Shown: positions 1-13,548 of the stretch, one piece after another
Numbering within the stretch: the stretch's first letter is position 1
Layout of the letters: each line of letters opens with the position of its first letter
From: Camelus ferus
Lineage: Eukaryota
Assembly: GCF_009834535.1 (NCBI RefSeq)
Contig: NC_045697.1
Coordinates: 116,376,001 to 116,440,000 of the forward strand
DNA length: 64,000 nucleotides
Direction: 5' to 3'
Notes under the pieces: generated by a model
Told to the model about the DNA's origin: nothing
The model's database searches: none
The model's input: the letters and a program-made list of their open reading frames with translations, nothing else
Translations under genes and position numbers: made by a program

Positions 1-254
1 CAGGCTGTTAAAAAAATAACATTTATGAGACAATCAGAATTTTGAATGTGGAATATTTGGTGACATTATTAAAATGTTAGGAGAAATAATGGTAGTGTGA
101 TTATGTTAAGAAATGAGTATTTAAATCTTTGAGAGTTGATGTCTTGACAGGGGGAGGATTAGTAAGTAGGAGAAAGATTAAATAAGATTGGCTAGAAATT
201 GTTAGTGTATGAAGTTGGTAATGGGTGCTTGGGGATCTTTAAACTATTTGTTCA

Positions 255-555
255 ATTTTTATTGAAGTAGAGTCAATTTACAATGTGCCAACTTCAGGTG
301 TACTGGTGTACAGCCTAGCGGTTCATTTATACATATATATACATTCCTTTTCATATTTTTTTCATTATAGGTCATCACAAGGTATTGAATGTAGTTCCCT
401 GCGCTCTACAGTAGGACCTTGTTGTTTATCTCTTTTATGTACAGGAGTGTGTATTTGCAAATCCCAAACTCCTAATTTATGCCACCACCCCACCTTCCCC
501 CCTGGTAACCACAAGTTTGTTCTCTACGTCTGTGAGTCTGTTCCTGTTTGGTGAC
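255..555 (-). mobile_element. L1 3'-end fragment (5'-truncated)
   Basis: tttttattgaagtagagtcaatttacaatg...ggtaaccacaagtttgttctctacgtctgtgagtctgtt, homologous to other L1 3' ends in the window. Confidence 0.8.
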
Positions 556-3500
556 TTATTTTATCTATTTTTGTGTCTACTGAAATTCCAAAATGACCAA
601 AAGTGAGTCGTATCAATGTTATCTTTCGTTAATGAAGGTCAAGCCTCACCAGCTGATAGATGACCTAGTCCAAAACTGCACTGAGTCAATACTGCTGTAG
701 TTGCTCCTGGTTGCTGCCAAGCAGCTGAAATGAACGCGGCTTCCCTTCTTCCCCTGTTGTTTTCTGACCTTGACCCAGTCAAACAAGTGACACCCAGGAG
801 GCAGCAGCAAGGAGAGAAGCCTGCACCGCTCAAACTGGCAGGACCGCCTGGATGTCTTACAAAAAACCTCCCGTATCTCTAGCAACATCAGGAAACACAT
901 CCAGCATGCCTCACAGGCGACCCTAGACAGCCCAATATGACACATCTCCTGGGAGATTTTGGACAGCTGCCCCCGAGGCCACACGCACGGAATAGTCACT
1001 TCACATGAGTCATTTAAAATACCGAACGAAAATCAATAAGCACCTCTGTGTATTTCCACGTCGCAGACAAACTCTTGGCAACAGGAGCCTTTTGGAGCTG
1101 GTTGCTTGGTAGAGGAAGACAGCATGGTTGGTTCCCATCGCTTAGCCCGTGTGCCTGGAAGCCCAGCTGGCGCCCATAAGGGCCACCAGCCACGTGCTGT
1201 GGCAAGGACGGCCTTTTCCACATTCTGGAGCTTGGGGAAGACTCTCTGGCAAAGTCACGTGGACGTGTCCCCTTAGGGCAATGCGAGACCTCTCTTGCTC
1301 GGATTAATTCTTTACTTCAGCGTGGTGATAGGATATTTAACAAGCCTTTCAAATAAAGTGCTTGCGTTTCTTATGGAATAAAAGCAATAAATCAAACCAA
1401 AATAATCCAGTCTGAGGTCTGAAGCATATGGTGTGTGTAATTTTACAGAACTACACAAGCCTGAGATGTTCTCCTTCTTGAAAAAAAGCCCAAGAGAGTG
1501 GGCTTTTTCTACTTAAAGGGAAGAAGAAATATTCTTGCATTTGGTTATCTCTGTCGTTAAAAATAGCTTTCAAACAATGTTCTTATGCCTGGAATCGTTA
1601 CACTGGCAATTTAGGGGGACTTCGTGTGTTTTCCCAAACATTTCTTTGGGAAGCAATTTCATTTTGATCGTTGAGACAGTATGTTTCATGCTATGTGAAT
1701 CACACAGTCTTGTTTACAGATATAAATAATCCTAGCTCCTTTGCAAAACAGTTTGTGCCCGTAGCTACACAGACTCGTTTAATAAGTTTGTTTTTGACTT
1801 GTTAATGATGTGAAACCAATCGTAGGCATTTCTGCTGTTTTGGGAAGGAGAGAACTGCCAAACAAACAGGTGTAAAAATGTATCTTCTGCACTTCATCAT
1901 GAATGATTAACATGGAAAGTTTATTGCAATCAAATAATCTCTGAGTAGCCACTGACTCGTGTCCAGGCAGAGCAGTGAACAAGCAACCGTGCACTCAGGT
2001 ACTGACGTTTTGGTCCCTTCACCCTGTGTCTACCTTACACGGACTGTGCGCTTTCAGTGTGGTGTCCAGGGACCTGGGACACTGCTGAAGGCATGCTAGT
2101 GTCTGCTCAAAACACTTGGGTGCTGACTTCTTGTCTGAAGCCAGGGTCAGCATCTCTGAGGCTGCACATGGCCTCACATTGTCCTGATCACTCATTATAT
2201 TTAACTTTGGACCTTTCTCGTAAACTACTTAAGCTACAGTGCAGACGTAGGACCTTGATTTTCCCACCATCCTGAAGTCTGGACATTAAACAAGCTCGGC
2301 TCATGTCTTTGAGACAAGTTCTCTACAAGCCGCTCTGGGGAGGAGTCACTAAGGAATAGCTTTTTAAATAAGTCTCTTTCTTTTTCCACTCGACAAGAAT
2401 CTCCCTGGCAACAACAAACCTAGGACCAATTCCATCCACATTAAAATTTTTTTCTCTATTAAGAATTGCTAAATATAGTTATGCACTCATCTTGTTTGTC
2501 CAAATATGAAACATCAAGATAATTTCATGTTTTTAATCATCTCCATGACAGCCCTTGATTGAGGATTAAGTAAGTGTTACCCCGGAGGATTAAGACGCAA
2601 CATCACCACGAGTGATTCTATAGGGCGGGGAGAGCAGGAAGGTCAGTGGGTTAGAATAAGGTCAGACTTAAGAAGAGGATAACTCACACGGACCTGTGGC
2701 ACCTCTGATCTCCCCAGGTCCGCCTCTGTGCTGCGACCCTTCAAGATAAGTTCTCTTGAGAAGGCCGAGGTGATGATGCTTCGTATGACCTCTCCCGACT
2801 GTGTGCACTGGAAGAAGCCAGCTCTGGCTGTGAGTAAAAGGAGCAGCAAGGGAGGTTCTCGGAGTATTTTCTCAGGCAGCAGGTGTCTCTAAAGTCGTCC
2901 GGCACGTGCGGCTGCCTGTGTCAGGAGTAACGCCCACTGATGCAGAAGGCCAGTGCAAAAGAGGAACATGCGGTCTTCATCTTTAAAGCACTAACAGTAC
3001 CCTTGGCAGATTCTGACTTTAGGTGTCCACTACCCCGTAAAGGCGGAGAGATCTTAAAAAAAAAGTGGGGGCGGTGTCTTATTTTCCTGCAAATGTTCCA
3101 TAGAGAAAAACAACAGAGGATAGTCCTGCTCTCCCAGAAAGCACAGATCCTGCCAAATGGCTTCTAAATGTGTTTCTCAGAAGTTTCCATGTGCCGTCCA
3201 TCAATGGCGTTGGAGTACTTCCGGAAATGGAAAGAGCTGAAATCAATGACTGTGCAAGAAAGCAAACGTTCAGGGAACTAGCTTGCGGAGAAAACAGGTA
3301 GTCAGGCTTTTAAATCGCTGTAGAGATACGGCCTGGTCCTCTTCTTCACAGGCTAGAAATACACAGCGTTGCAGCACGTCGCGATGCTGCAAGGAAATGC
3401 TAAAGCCCTGCAGGAAGGTCTCCCCGTCTCTCTCTGCTGAAAGTCAAGTGAAGCACCGCACCAGGGGGTACAATCAGGGTACATATTAGGCAGCCAGACT

Positions 3501-4509
3501 GACTCACCGGGACTTAAACAGTTAGTAGTTTGTTTCCTTAACTTTGGAATCCGCAAGTGGTAATTTTACAGCTTATTAGAGCTATTTTTACCCGACCAGT
3601 GGGAACCCAGAAGATGTCCAAACAGTAGAAAACGTTTGCTTCTGGACGAGACGGATGCCGAGTGGTCGATCCGCAGAAGAGCCAGCTACTTTGATCCATT
3701 TAAGTAAACATACTCATTCAAGCTGGTTATTTCGCCAGCAGACTGAGAGTTCCTTGGACCGTTGGGTCATGAGTCAAAGCGGCTGCCCTGAGGTCTCCGG
3801 CAGACTCAGCTCACACAAAAAAGCAGGAACCCAGGAGACCGAGCAGAGCGCCACCCCAGCAGGGCCCCTCTTCAGCTACCCGGAGTATTTTTCCTGGCAC
3901 AAGTGTCACCAGGAAAGTCGTTTGTCCCATCAGTTTTAGACAGTTATGTAAGCAAGTCCCAGCCAGTCACTTCCTAACTCAGTGCTGGAGTCTATTTGAT
4001 TGTCTCACCCCGTTTCTCTGCTGTCCAGCCTGCTAGGAAAATTTTGATCATCTCCCAAATAACCAACAGTTTTTAAGGAAAATTTAGACATCTTTTATTA
4101 TTAAAAAAAAAACATGCTCTCAGTTTAAAAAATTCAAATGACAAAAGAGAGTGTGAATTGTGCTCAGTCTCACCTCCCTCCCAACCCTCCGTCCTGTGCG
4201 GTCACAGGCTCTCTCCCTGGAGGTAACACAGAATGTCCTTTGGTATCTTGATAGAGGCAGGCAAACTGGAGCGGAAACATGTTCTGTGTCAGGAACTGCA
4301 AGACACTGAAGACACAGGAACGGAAGACACGATTCCTTCCCACTACTCACAGGTTTACGGAGAGTAAGAGTCAATGTGGGGACACCATGTGGAACCCGTG
4401 TGACCAGGGTGTGGACAAAGGAGGGCATGACTGTGGCCCAGCATTGAGGGTCAGGTAGCCAGTCAGGAATTTTTGTGGATCACATTTTTAAGAAGAGAGC
4501 TGCATTTTT

Positions 4510-5073
4510 TTCCCTTTTTTTTTTTTTAATTGAAGCGTAGTCAGTTTACAATGTTGTGTCAATTTCTGGTGCACAGCATCACATTTCAGTCACACATACA
4601 CATACGTAGATTTGTCTTCATGTTCTTTTTCACTGTAGGTTACTGCAAGATACCGAATATAGTTCTCTGTGCTTTACAGTATGAATTTGTTGTTTGTCTA
4701 TTTTATATATGTAGTTAGTATCTGCAAATCTTGAACTCCCAATTTATCTCTCCCCATACCCTTTCCCCACTGGTAACCACAAGTTTGTTTTCTACATCTG
4801 TGAGTCTGTTTCTGTTTTGTAAACAAGTTCATTTGTCTTTTTTTAGACGCCACATATAAGTGATATCATACGGTATTTTTCTTTCTCTTTCTGGCTTACT
4901 TCACTTAATATAATGATCTCCAGATCCATCTATGTTGCTGCAAATGGCATCATTTCATTCTTTTTTATGGCTGAGTAGTATTCCATTGTATAAATATGCC
5001 ACAACTTCTTTATCCAGTCATCTGTCAGTGGAATTCAGGTTGCTTCCACATCTTGGCTGCTGTAAATGGTGAC
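4510..5073 (-). mobile_element. L1 3'-end insertion with 12-bp target-site duplication (TSD) agctgcattttt (4498-4509 / 5074-5085)
   Basis: Poly-T head, L1 3' UTR/ORF2-end sequence, exact TSD. Confidence 0.88.
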
Positions 5074-6039
5074 AGCTGCATTTTTAAGGCTGGCTGGGAA
5101 ATCAAAAGGAGAGCATGGAGGTGCAGCCAGGAAAGAAATCGTGTACACAAAGGCACAGAGGAGGGAAACTTCATGATGTGCTGAGCAGGTGACTGCTTGT
5201 CCTGCATTGCTGGTGCACAGGACATCAGTCTTGGGTGTGGCAGGACGTGGAGGAGAGGCTGGAATTGCAGGGCGGCAGCCAGGTCATGTCCTCTTTCAAA
5301 TTCCAGACTAAAGGTGGCAGAGCGCTTAATTCTGTAGGCAGCAAAGCGCTGTGTTCAGATGTTTACGTAAGGAGGTGATATAAGTAAGTCTCTGTGGAAT
5401 CATTAGGAAAAACTTTCTTTTTTCCAGAAGTTTCCCACAAGGGAATTATGTCTTAGAGGTTGAAATAACAAGAGAGAAATGTGCCTAATGAGCATGTATG
5501 GAGAGCTATAAAAATCTCTACATCTACAGTCTCTCAGCCGGTGTAAACTTGGGCTGGAAGGGGCGTAGATCGGTTTTTTGGTTGGCTGGTTGGTTTGTTG
5601 TTTGTTCTCCTAATTCTGGCTGGGGGACTGATGTTTCATCCCTTCCTGCTGCCTTGTCTGAGGACAGAGCCTCAGTCTCCATCATCAGCCATCCAGGGAA
5701 GAATTCAGACCCCCCACCCCCCACCCCAGCCCAGAGACCTTCCTCTCCGCGTTCCCATCCCGGGGAGTCCAGTAACCCACTTGACTGCGTGAGAAGGCCA
5801 GAGAGAAAGGAGGCCAAGAACATTTACCTATCATGCCCTGAGGGCCAGTTCATCTTAACCCAGAGGCAAGAGGTTGTTGTTTGTTTGTTCACTTGATTAA
5901 TTAATTGGTTTTATTTCCGTGGTTACATATTTTACAGTGTGGCGGTGCTGCCCACACTTTTGATTGTCTTTCATATTATTTATCTTTAAATTGCTGTTAT
6001 GTCAATGCTAGAAACATATGTTGTGATTCTTAAATTCCA

Positions 6040-6222
6040 TCTGTGGTTCTAATCGGGGGGCATTTTTCCCCCAAGGGGATACACTGAGCAGTGCCCAGGG
6101 ACAATTTTGGCTCCACAGTCGAGCTGGGTGCTGTAAACATCCTTCCATACACAGGACAGAGCACGCAACAGAAAATTATCTGGTCCAGAAAATCAATAGT
6201 ATTAAGGCTGAGAAAATCTGGG
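6040..6222. mobile_element. MER20-like hAT-Charlie MITE
   Basis: gtggttct...ggggcatttttcccccaagggga...cacaggaca...aaaattatctggtccagaaaatcaatagtattaaggctgagaaa resembles recalled MER20. Confidence 0.7.
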
Positions 6223-6629
6223 TTACAGAATAAACTCATTTGTAATATTAGAAAGAAGAGCCTCTGTGTTAGAAAGAACACGTGGCTCGTCGTGTCTGTG
6301 GACAACTGTTTACTGAACGGGTGGAGCAGAGACAGGAGACCCCGAGGGCAGGAAGGCAGGTTAGGTAAGACTGCAGTAACCACAGTGACGGGAGCCTGAA
6401 GGAGGGAGACGCGGACTGCAGGGCAGTTTGGAGAAGGACTCCGTGAGGCTTGGCAACCAGCTAAACGTGGGTGGATGGAGGGGATGTCAAAGTCCAAGGC
6501 ACTTCTGATCTGGCTCTTTTGGGGGCCTAGGTATATGGTTATGTCACTGACCAAAAAGGGGAATGTGGGAGGGAGAGGGTAATTTGGGGGAAGAGAGGAA
6601 GTGGGAGGTGAGTTGAGAGGCACTGACCA

Positions 6630-7000
6630 GTAATAATTAATAATAATATAATATAAATGGCTAACATTCTGCTGAATTTTTACTATGGGCCAGATACTGT
6701 TTTAAGTGCTTTATGAGCCTTAATTCATTTAATTCCTATAAAAAAAGTAGGTATTATAATATTATCCAGATTTTACAGATGAGGTAACTGTATACATTTA
6801 GAATCAGACAGCTCTTGAGTTCAAATCTCAGCTCTACTGCTTTTTAACTGTTTGATTTTGGGTAAATTACTTGGTCAACCTAAGCCCAGATGTAAAAAGG
6901 AGGAAATGATATCTATCATGTGGCATTATTATGAAGACTAGAGAGACGTAATACGTATCAAGGAACCAGCATCGTGTCTGAAGCCTCATCTAGCTCAGTA
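6630..7000. mobile_element. Two adjacent MIR SINE fragments in opposite orientation
   Basis: MIR core ttttacagatgaggtaactg followed by gagttcaaatctcagctctactgc...tgtaaaaaggaggaaatgat. Confidence 0.65.
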
Positions 7001-7529
7001 AAGGCTAGACATTACTGTCATGATGGGTTGTAAGATTCCTGGTGCTCTGTGCAGTCAGAAGCTGAGGATTTGTGTCTAGATTTCTCGAGCTGCAAGTAAA
7101 TGTTTTCAACATCAGTCTCTTGATGTTGTTTGGATGACCAGATACAAAGACTATTTCCTGGTTTGGAGATGGGTGGTGATGGACGGAGGTGAGAATCCGG
7201 GATGGAATACCAGTGGTAAAGGAGCCAAAGGAATGAAAGACTCTTCCAGAAGAAATGTAGCTGCGGTGATATGACAAAGAGGAGCGGCATAAAGAAAAGA
7301 GGTCGGAAGCCCAGTGGAAAGCCGGCAGGAGGACAATGCCGGCAGTCACACGTGCTTCTGGGAAGTCACGCCAGAAAGTCTGAAGAGAGGTGATTTGATC
7401 TGGCGGAAGGTAAGGAGGCTGCTGGTGGCCAGAGTCAGAACCAGCACAGACAAAGCAGAATCCAATGGATGGAACAGGGGCAAATGAAGACGTGCAAACA
7501 GAAGGTACAGACAATTTTTCCTTCAATAG

Positions 7530-8760
7530 TGAGTCTCCATTTCATTTTTAAATAATTCAGCTTGGAAACTCTTTGGAAATGGTGCAGTAAGGACCTCCAA
7601 AAATATATTCCTCCATAAAAGAAATAAGAACAGTGGCAAAAATGATCAAAATCACATTGGGGATGAAGAAGCAGATGCTCCCAATAATCCACGAAGAATT
7701 TATTTAAGGAAAATGGCTGAATCTTAGAAAGAAGCATGATCTTTGTGGCATTTTCAATTTAAATTAAAATCGCTCTATTCCCACTCTCTCTTTCCAGCTT
7801 CAAAATAGCCTTGAAAAAAACCAACAGCCTCACAACCATGGTAGCTGTGAAAACTAGCAACCTACCAGTTACTGGAGGGGAAAGACAGATTTGAAGCTCC
7901 TTGAAAAGCTTCCTGCTCAGAGAGATGTTATATTTGATCTGTCTTGAGAATCCCTGGAAAAGCTCCGTTCTCAGGGCGTGTCGCTATTTGACCTGACTCT
8001 GTGTGAACGGCTCTGTTTCACAGGCACCCGTCAAAACCGATCGTCATTTAATATCACAGCTGCCTGGGGGCGCAGAACACCTGATGGGGCGAACAGGGAA
8101 CTGACCAAAAATCTTAAAAGGGAAAAACCAGGAAATGAGATATCTAAGGGGGATTTCAAAAAGATCTAACATATAAAAGGCTGTGCACATGCCCAGGAGA
8201 CACCTGAGAAGGTCCTGATCTCTTTGGCCCTTTGGCTGAGCTTGAGGTTCCACGCAAGCAAGAAACGAAGGCTAAGGCAGAGCCGTAACTGCCTTCCAGG
8301 GCATCGAAGGTGTGCCCAGACCCACACAAAGGCCGGGAGATGTACTGATTGGAGGCCTTTAAGGAGATTTCTTTCCAGTTATTAGCTGACCACTAAGCTA
8401 ACCGAGCAGGAAATTCTGGGGACACACATGACAGACCTTGAACAATTAGTCCAGGAAAGTCACTAAACAGCACCACCACCACCACCACCACCACCGCAAA
8501 CAATCCACGTGGCGACAGCAACGAGCCTGAGGGAGGAGGAGGGAATCTCATGTCCAGAATTGGCATATTTATTATTTGACAGGTCAACTTGTCAATAAAA
8601 AATTACAGAGACAGACAAAGGAACAGGAAAGGATGGCCCATACACAGGGGGAGAAAAAGCAGTCAATAGAAACTGTCTCCAAGCAGGCACAGACGCAGTT
8701 ACGGGACAACAGCTTTGTCACTTTCTGCAAATAAGTTCAAAATACTAAAGGAAACTGTTT
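7530..8760 (+). mobile_element. Ancient L1M 5' UTR/ORF1-start fragment
   Basis: aaaaattacagagacagacaaaggaacaggaaaggatggcccatacacagg...aaaagcagtcaatagaaactgtc is typical of L1M 5' regions. Confidence 0.6.
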
Positions 8761-9104
8761 CAGCAGGCGGTCAGGCTGGGTCACAGGTCAGACTAGAACA
8801 CGGGTGTGGCCAAGGTTAACAGGCAGGTAAGTGCCAGCCAGGGAAGAGACCAGGGTGTGATTCAAAGGTCACTGAGGACAGACGACAGGCATCCAGGCTC
8901 CAGTGGTACAGTGTTCCCTTACCTGGACCAGAGAGAGCCCACTGCCTCCTTGCAACGTGGTGGGCCCCCACGGCTAGTGGGTCCACTCAGCAGCTGCCCT
9001 GGGCAGTGTGGCTGCCTTCACCTCACCGTGTGCTGCAGTAGAAGGACCTCACCGCTTGCCCCTTAGAGTCTGAAATACATAAATGTGGGGATGTACCCGG
9101 GGGC

Positions 9105-9355
9105 CAGTGACACCAGAATAGGCAGACGCACAGAGACAGAAAGTATATGAGTAGTTTCCGGAGGCTGGAGGCAGGGGAATGGGGAGTGGCTGCTACTGGG
9201 TCTCTCACAGGCTGCTCTTCAGGGTGATGAAATTACCTGTACTGACTTAGTGGTGATGGCTGCACGGTTTTGTGAATGTGATAAAAAAAAACCATTGACT
9301 TGTTTACTTAAACGTGTGGATTTATGGTATGTGGATTATAACTTAATTTTTAAAT
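9105..9355 (+). mobile_element. Ancient L1M 3'-end fragment
   Basis: agagacagaaagta...gtagtttcc...ggggagtggctgct...gtggtgatggctgcac...tttatggtatgtggattata. Confidence 0.65.
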
Positions 9356-9779
9356 TGCTATATGGCATGATTTCTGCACTGAAGGTCCATCTGTCTAGAT
9401 GTAGTGCTAGAAAATTCATTTATTCAAGCATCTGACATACACAAGTACCCTTTTAGACATCTGGGGAGGTTTCCAAGATACCTGGCTGCCTTTCTCTTCC
9501 CTTCCCCTGCAATTTACTAGAGTCAAGGGAGGCAGCCAAGCAAAGGAATTGTCACTGCAGGATGAGTAGCTGGGGAACCGCGTGGTTCAGAGCAGGGTGA
9601 GATGGGCATCTGCGGGAGGGCATCTGGGGGTGGTAGCATGCTGGATTCCAGATGGGGCGAGGGGGAAGGCACACGGTGGCGGGATGGAGGTCGCAATGGG
9701 ATGCTGGTGATAGGAAGACTGATCAAATAGGTAAATACATAAAGAGAATGGGAGCCTGGTTTCCCACTGTAGGAGAAGC

Positions 9780-10830
9780 AGTGTTAACTGCAGCCTTTGT
9801 GCTGTACATCACATCCCTCGTACTTAATCGTTTTATAACTGGGGATTTGTACCTTCTGACCACCTTCCTCCAATTCCCTCTCCCCCTGTGCCATGCATCT
9901 GGTAACCATAAATCTGATGTCTTTTTCTATGACTTTGGTGGGTTTTGTTTTTGGCTTTTATTAGATTCCACATATAAGTGAGATCAGATAGTATTTGTCT
10001 TTCTATATCTGGCTTATTTCACTTAGCATAATACCCTCCAAGTCCATTCATGTTGTCCCAAATGGTAGGATTTCCCTGGGTTGTTTTTTTTTTTTTTTTT
10101 TTGCGTGGCTGAATAATATCCCTTTGTGTATCAGCATACCACAACTTCTTTATCCAGTTATCCATCGACGGACACTTAGGTTGTTTCCACGTCTTGTCCA
10201 TTGTAAACAGTGCTGGTGTGAACACGGGGGTGCAGGTACTTTTTTGAGTTAGTGTTTTGTTTCCTTTTGACATATTCTCCGCAGCGGAATTGCTAGATCA
10301 TGTGGTAAGTCTATTTTTAATTTTTTTCAGGACCTTCCATACTATTTTCTACAGTGGCTGCACCGATTCATATTCCCACCAATAGTGCATGAGGGTTGCT
10401 TTTGCTCCACATCCTCAGCGACATCCTTTGCTCCACATCCTCAGCGACATCCTCAGTTATCTGTCGTCTTTTTGATGACAGCCATTCTAATGGGCGTAAG
10501 GTGATATTGCATTGTGTTTGACTTGCATTTCCCTGGTGATCAGTGATGTCGAGCATCTTTTCATGCGCCTGTTGGCCATTCATGTATCTTCTTTGGAAAA
10601 ATGTCTATTCAGGTCCTTTGCCCATTTAAAAATTGATTCGTTTATTTTGCTATTGAGTTGTATGAGTTCTTTATATATTCTGGATATTAACCTGTTACAA
10701 ATACATGGTTTGCAAATACTTTTTCCCATGACGTAAGTTGTGTTTTCCCTTTGTTGATGGTTTCTTGTGCTGTGCAGAAGCTTTTCAGTTTGACGTCGTT
10801 CTGTTTGTTTTTTTTTTCATTTTGTTGCTT
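9780..10830 (-). mobile_element. L1 ORF2 C-terminus and 3' UTR fragment
   Basis: ORF 10019..10273 (TPVFTPALFTMDKTWKQPKCPSMDNWIKKLWY) is L1 ORF2p C-terminal sequence; internal 26-bp duplication near 10401-10452. Confidence 0.9.
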
Positions 10831-13358
10831 ATGCAGATTTCCTCTGGTTTTGATGGTTATCTTGAGGTTATGTAAAATGTCTTTGCAGGAGTTTCACACT
10901 CACATATTGGGGATAATGGGTATCATGCCAACAACGTACTTTCCGATTGTTCAGGGAAAGAAGCTTTCGTCCTGTGCTGCTTTTCTATAAGCTTGAAATT
11001 ATTTCAACAAGAAAAGAATTCAAGCCTTAGGGGCCAACTTAACACAAGAGTCAGTAGTAGTAAGAATGTTACACTAAGAATGATCGCATTGTGTGTGTGT
11101 GTGTGCACGCGTGAGTTCACTGCTGTTGTGTGTTTGTAACTAACTGTTATGACGGCCCCATTTCATGCTCCAAACCTTTCTGGAGCCAAAACTTCTGCCC
11201 CTTGGTTTACCTCTTTCGACTTTTGTGCCTCATTTGTGAGCTCCACACAGTGCGTGTAAATCTCCACAGCTGACGTGGCTGTTTTCTCTAAAGATCTTTA
11301 AAATCTTTGAATTACAACGAACGTTTAACTTTGCATGGCTCCTGGTGCTGCAAGATTCAGGGCCGTGGGGTGGTCTGACTTTCAAATAGAAGTTGTAAGC
11401 TGTTTTAGGACTTAAATGAAGACTAGCTACATGCAAGGATTCTTCTTTTCTAATCCATTCAGCACCGTTACTTCCATAATATACTATTTTTAAGAAAACG
11501 TGGCACATTTGGATGAAATGGCTTTCTTATGCATCATTCGTCTGTAAACTGTCAACAGTGCCTGTTCCATACATTCTAACTAGAAACTGTCTTTCCTTTA
11601 CATTGCCTTGAAGCGATTCTGGGCTATTACCACATCCTGTAAGCAAGAAATCTCAGACACAGCGGGGGAAGGGGAACAGGAGGGCTGGTCCGCAAACTTA
11701 AACTAAGTCAGCTCTGGTCTCCTCCCCGCCCCCAACTCCATCCTGCACAGATTAGCTGAGTGTCAGCGGGGTGTCAGGCAGGGTAATGGCCCAGGCATGT
11801 GCTGGCTTCTTTAAGGGGCCCTGAGTCGGGAGGGAGAGAGCCCATGGCACTAGAAATTTAAGTCTATTCTAACAGTTTGCACCAGGGAAATCAAATACAC
11901 CTGCTATTGGAGGAGGAAAAGTTGCTTGGGGACAGGAATAAGGAAGGCCTTCCCGGAAAGGGCAGCGCGTCCAGCCAGGCTGCATTTGTCAGGGAAGGAG
12001 GGACAAGGAAACGTGGAGCCTGTGGCTGGGGGTCTGGAGGCAGGCTTCCCCGGAGCTGGTGGGGGGACTAGGGGAGCAAGGTGAGCGCAGGCCCGGCTGG
12101 AGAGGGCCTGGGAGGCCCCGAGGGCAGAGCATGGAAACCAGAAACTGACAGAAACTAACACACCCTTTCGTGCCGCTCAGAGGAGCTCGGTCTCCGTCCT
12201 GCAGGTCGCTCGGTGCCCGTGGTGGGTTTGCTGGAGGGTGACACGGGGCTCTGTGGTTGGGAAGAGGGAAGAAGGGGCTATCAGACCCCGAGGGGCTGGA
12301 ATTGTTGGCTCCCCATCCACTCCACCCTCCGCTCCAGCACTGCGGCCTCCTGCCCACCAGTCCTCACAAAACAGCCGGCCTGCACGTCCTGCCACTCACC
12401 CGGCTTTACTTCTCTCCATGCTCTCCAGTATGTGACTGACTTACCTGGTGATGGTCTGCTCCACATGGGTATCTAACCTCTGTGCTAACAGGGTCCCTGT
12501 CCTGCTCCTGCGGCCCCCAGACCCCTAGCACTTCTGCTGTGTGCCGTGCTCTGGATGGAGTGAGGGGCCGTGCAGGCCTGCCAGGAATCTGAACCCAAAG
12601 AACCGGGGAGGCCAGGACACTCAGAGTTCAGGAAGGGACTCTGTAGTGGCCGAGAGGCTCTGAGCTCCAGCTGGAAGGGTCTGGGGGTGAGAAGCCCCAA
12701 GAGCTCTCTCGGGCGACAACAGCCTTCCAAATGAGACAGCACATCCTTATACCATGATCTCGTTGTCTTTTCCCCAGACCTGGCCCTTTTCAGTGGGAAA
12801 GCAGACCTCAGGTAATATTCTAATTTAGGGGTGTTGGAACCAGGACAGTGATTTCTCTAGGGAAAGAGTCTGAAGCTGAGATCTTTCCTCCTGCACACTG
12901 TCCAAAGCCAGAGCCTGTGATAGTGAGGCTGGTGTGTCCTTGGACCCCCCTGAGATCTCAGACCCGGCGGGCCTGTCCTGCAGGAGAACCTGTGGGTCCA
13001 CGAGGTCTCAGCCCCAATGTGCCGCCTCCAAATTCCCAGCCCCTTGCGTGCTGGTATCTGAAGGCCGTGCGGAGCAGCCGTGGCCCAGAGGCAACTTCAT
13101 CAACAAGCTTCCTAGATGAGTGTCCAGCTGGGCAGGTAGTTCTCTGCATCTCCAGCAGCTGGATGTCTAGGGACGTGGAGGGGCGGAATCCGCAAGCTTC
13201 TCAGATCCCTGGCTGCGGGCTCAGGTCCCTAGCTTTGCCAAGCTAGACATCACCTGGAATTGCAACAGAAGCAGACAGATCTCAACTGTCTGAAAACTGG
13301 TGGCCTTACTTCTAATGTCTTTCTGATTTGAGAACCAACCAACTTGCTCCTATTTCAG

Positions 13359-13548
13359 GCAACCAAGCCCTTCGGTCATGGATGCGCAGGGGTGCTACAG
13401 CCGGGGCTCCATTGCCTGGCACATGGGTGACTATGAGGACACCAATCAGAGAAACTCCCGGCGGGCCACCCTTGTGAAGCAGAGCAAGGCGGCACTGCCC
13501 AGGACTTCCAGACCACCCACGCTGCCGAAGCTGCCCCAGAGGGAGGAG
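13359..13548 (+). CDS. SPMIP2: SPMIP2/C4orf45 (sperm microtubule inner protein 2) internal coding exon (190 nt; QPSPSVMDAQGCYSRGSIAWHMGDYEDTNQRNSRRATLVKQSKAALPRTSRPPTLPKLPQREE)
   Basis: Acceptor tcctatttcag|G, donor GAG|gtaggg; resembles recalled human C4orf45 C-terminus (AWHM..EDT.QRNS...LPR.S.PP.LPKLP); C4orf45 is the convergent neighbour of FNIP2 in human. Confidence 0.85.

Noticed and set aside
1..13358. Upstream SPMIP2 exons
   Set aside because: No segment matching the recalled N-terminal C4orf45 sequence was found by eye; probably outside the window
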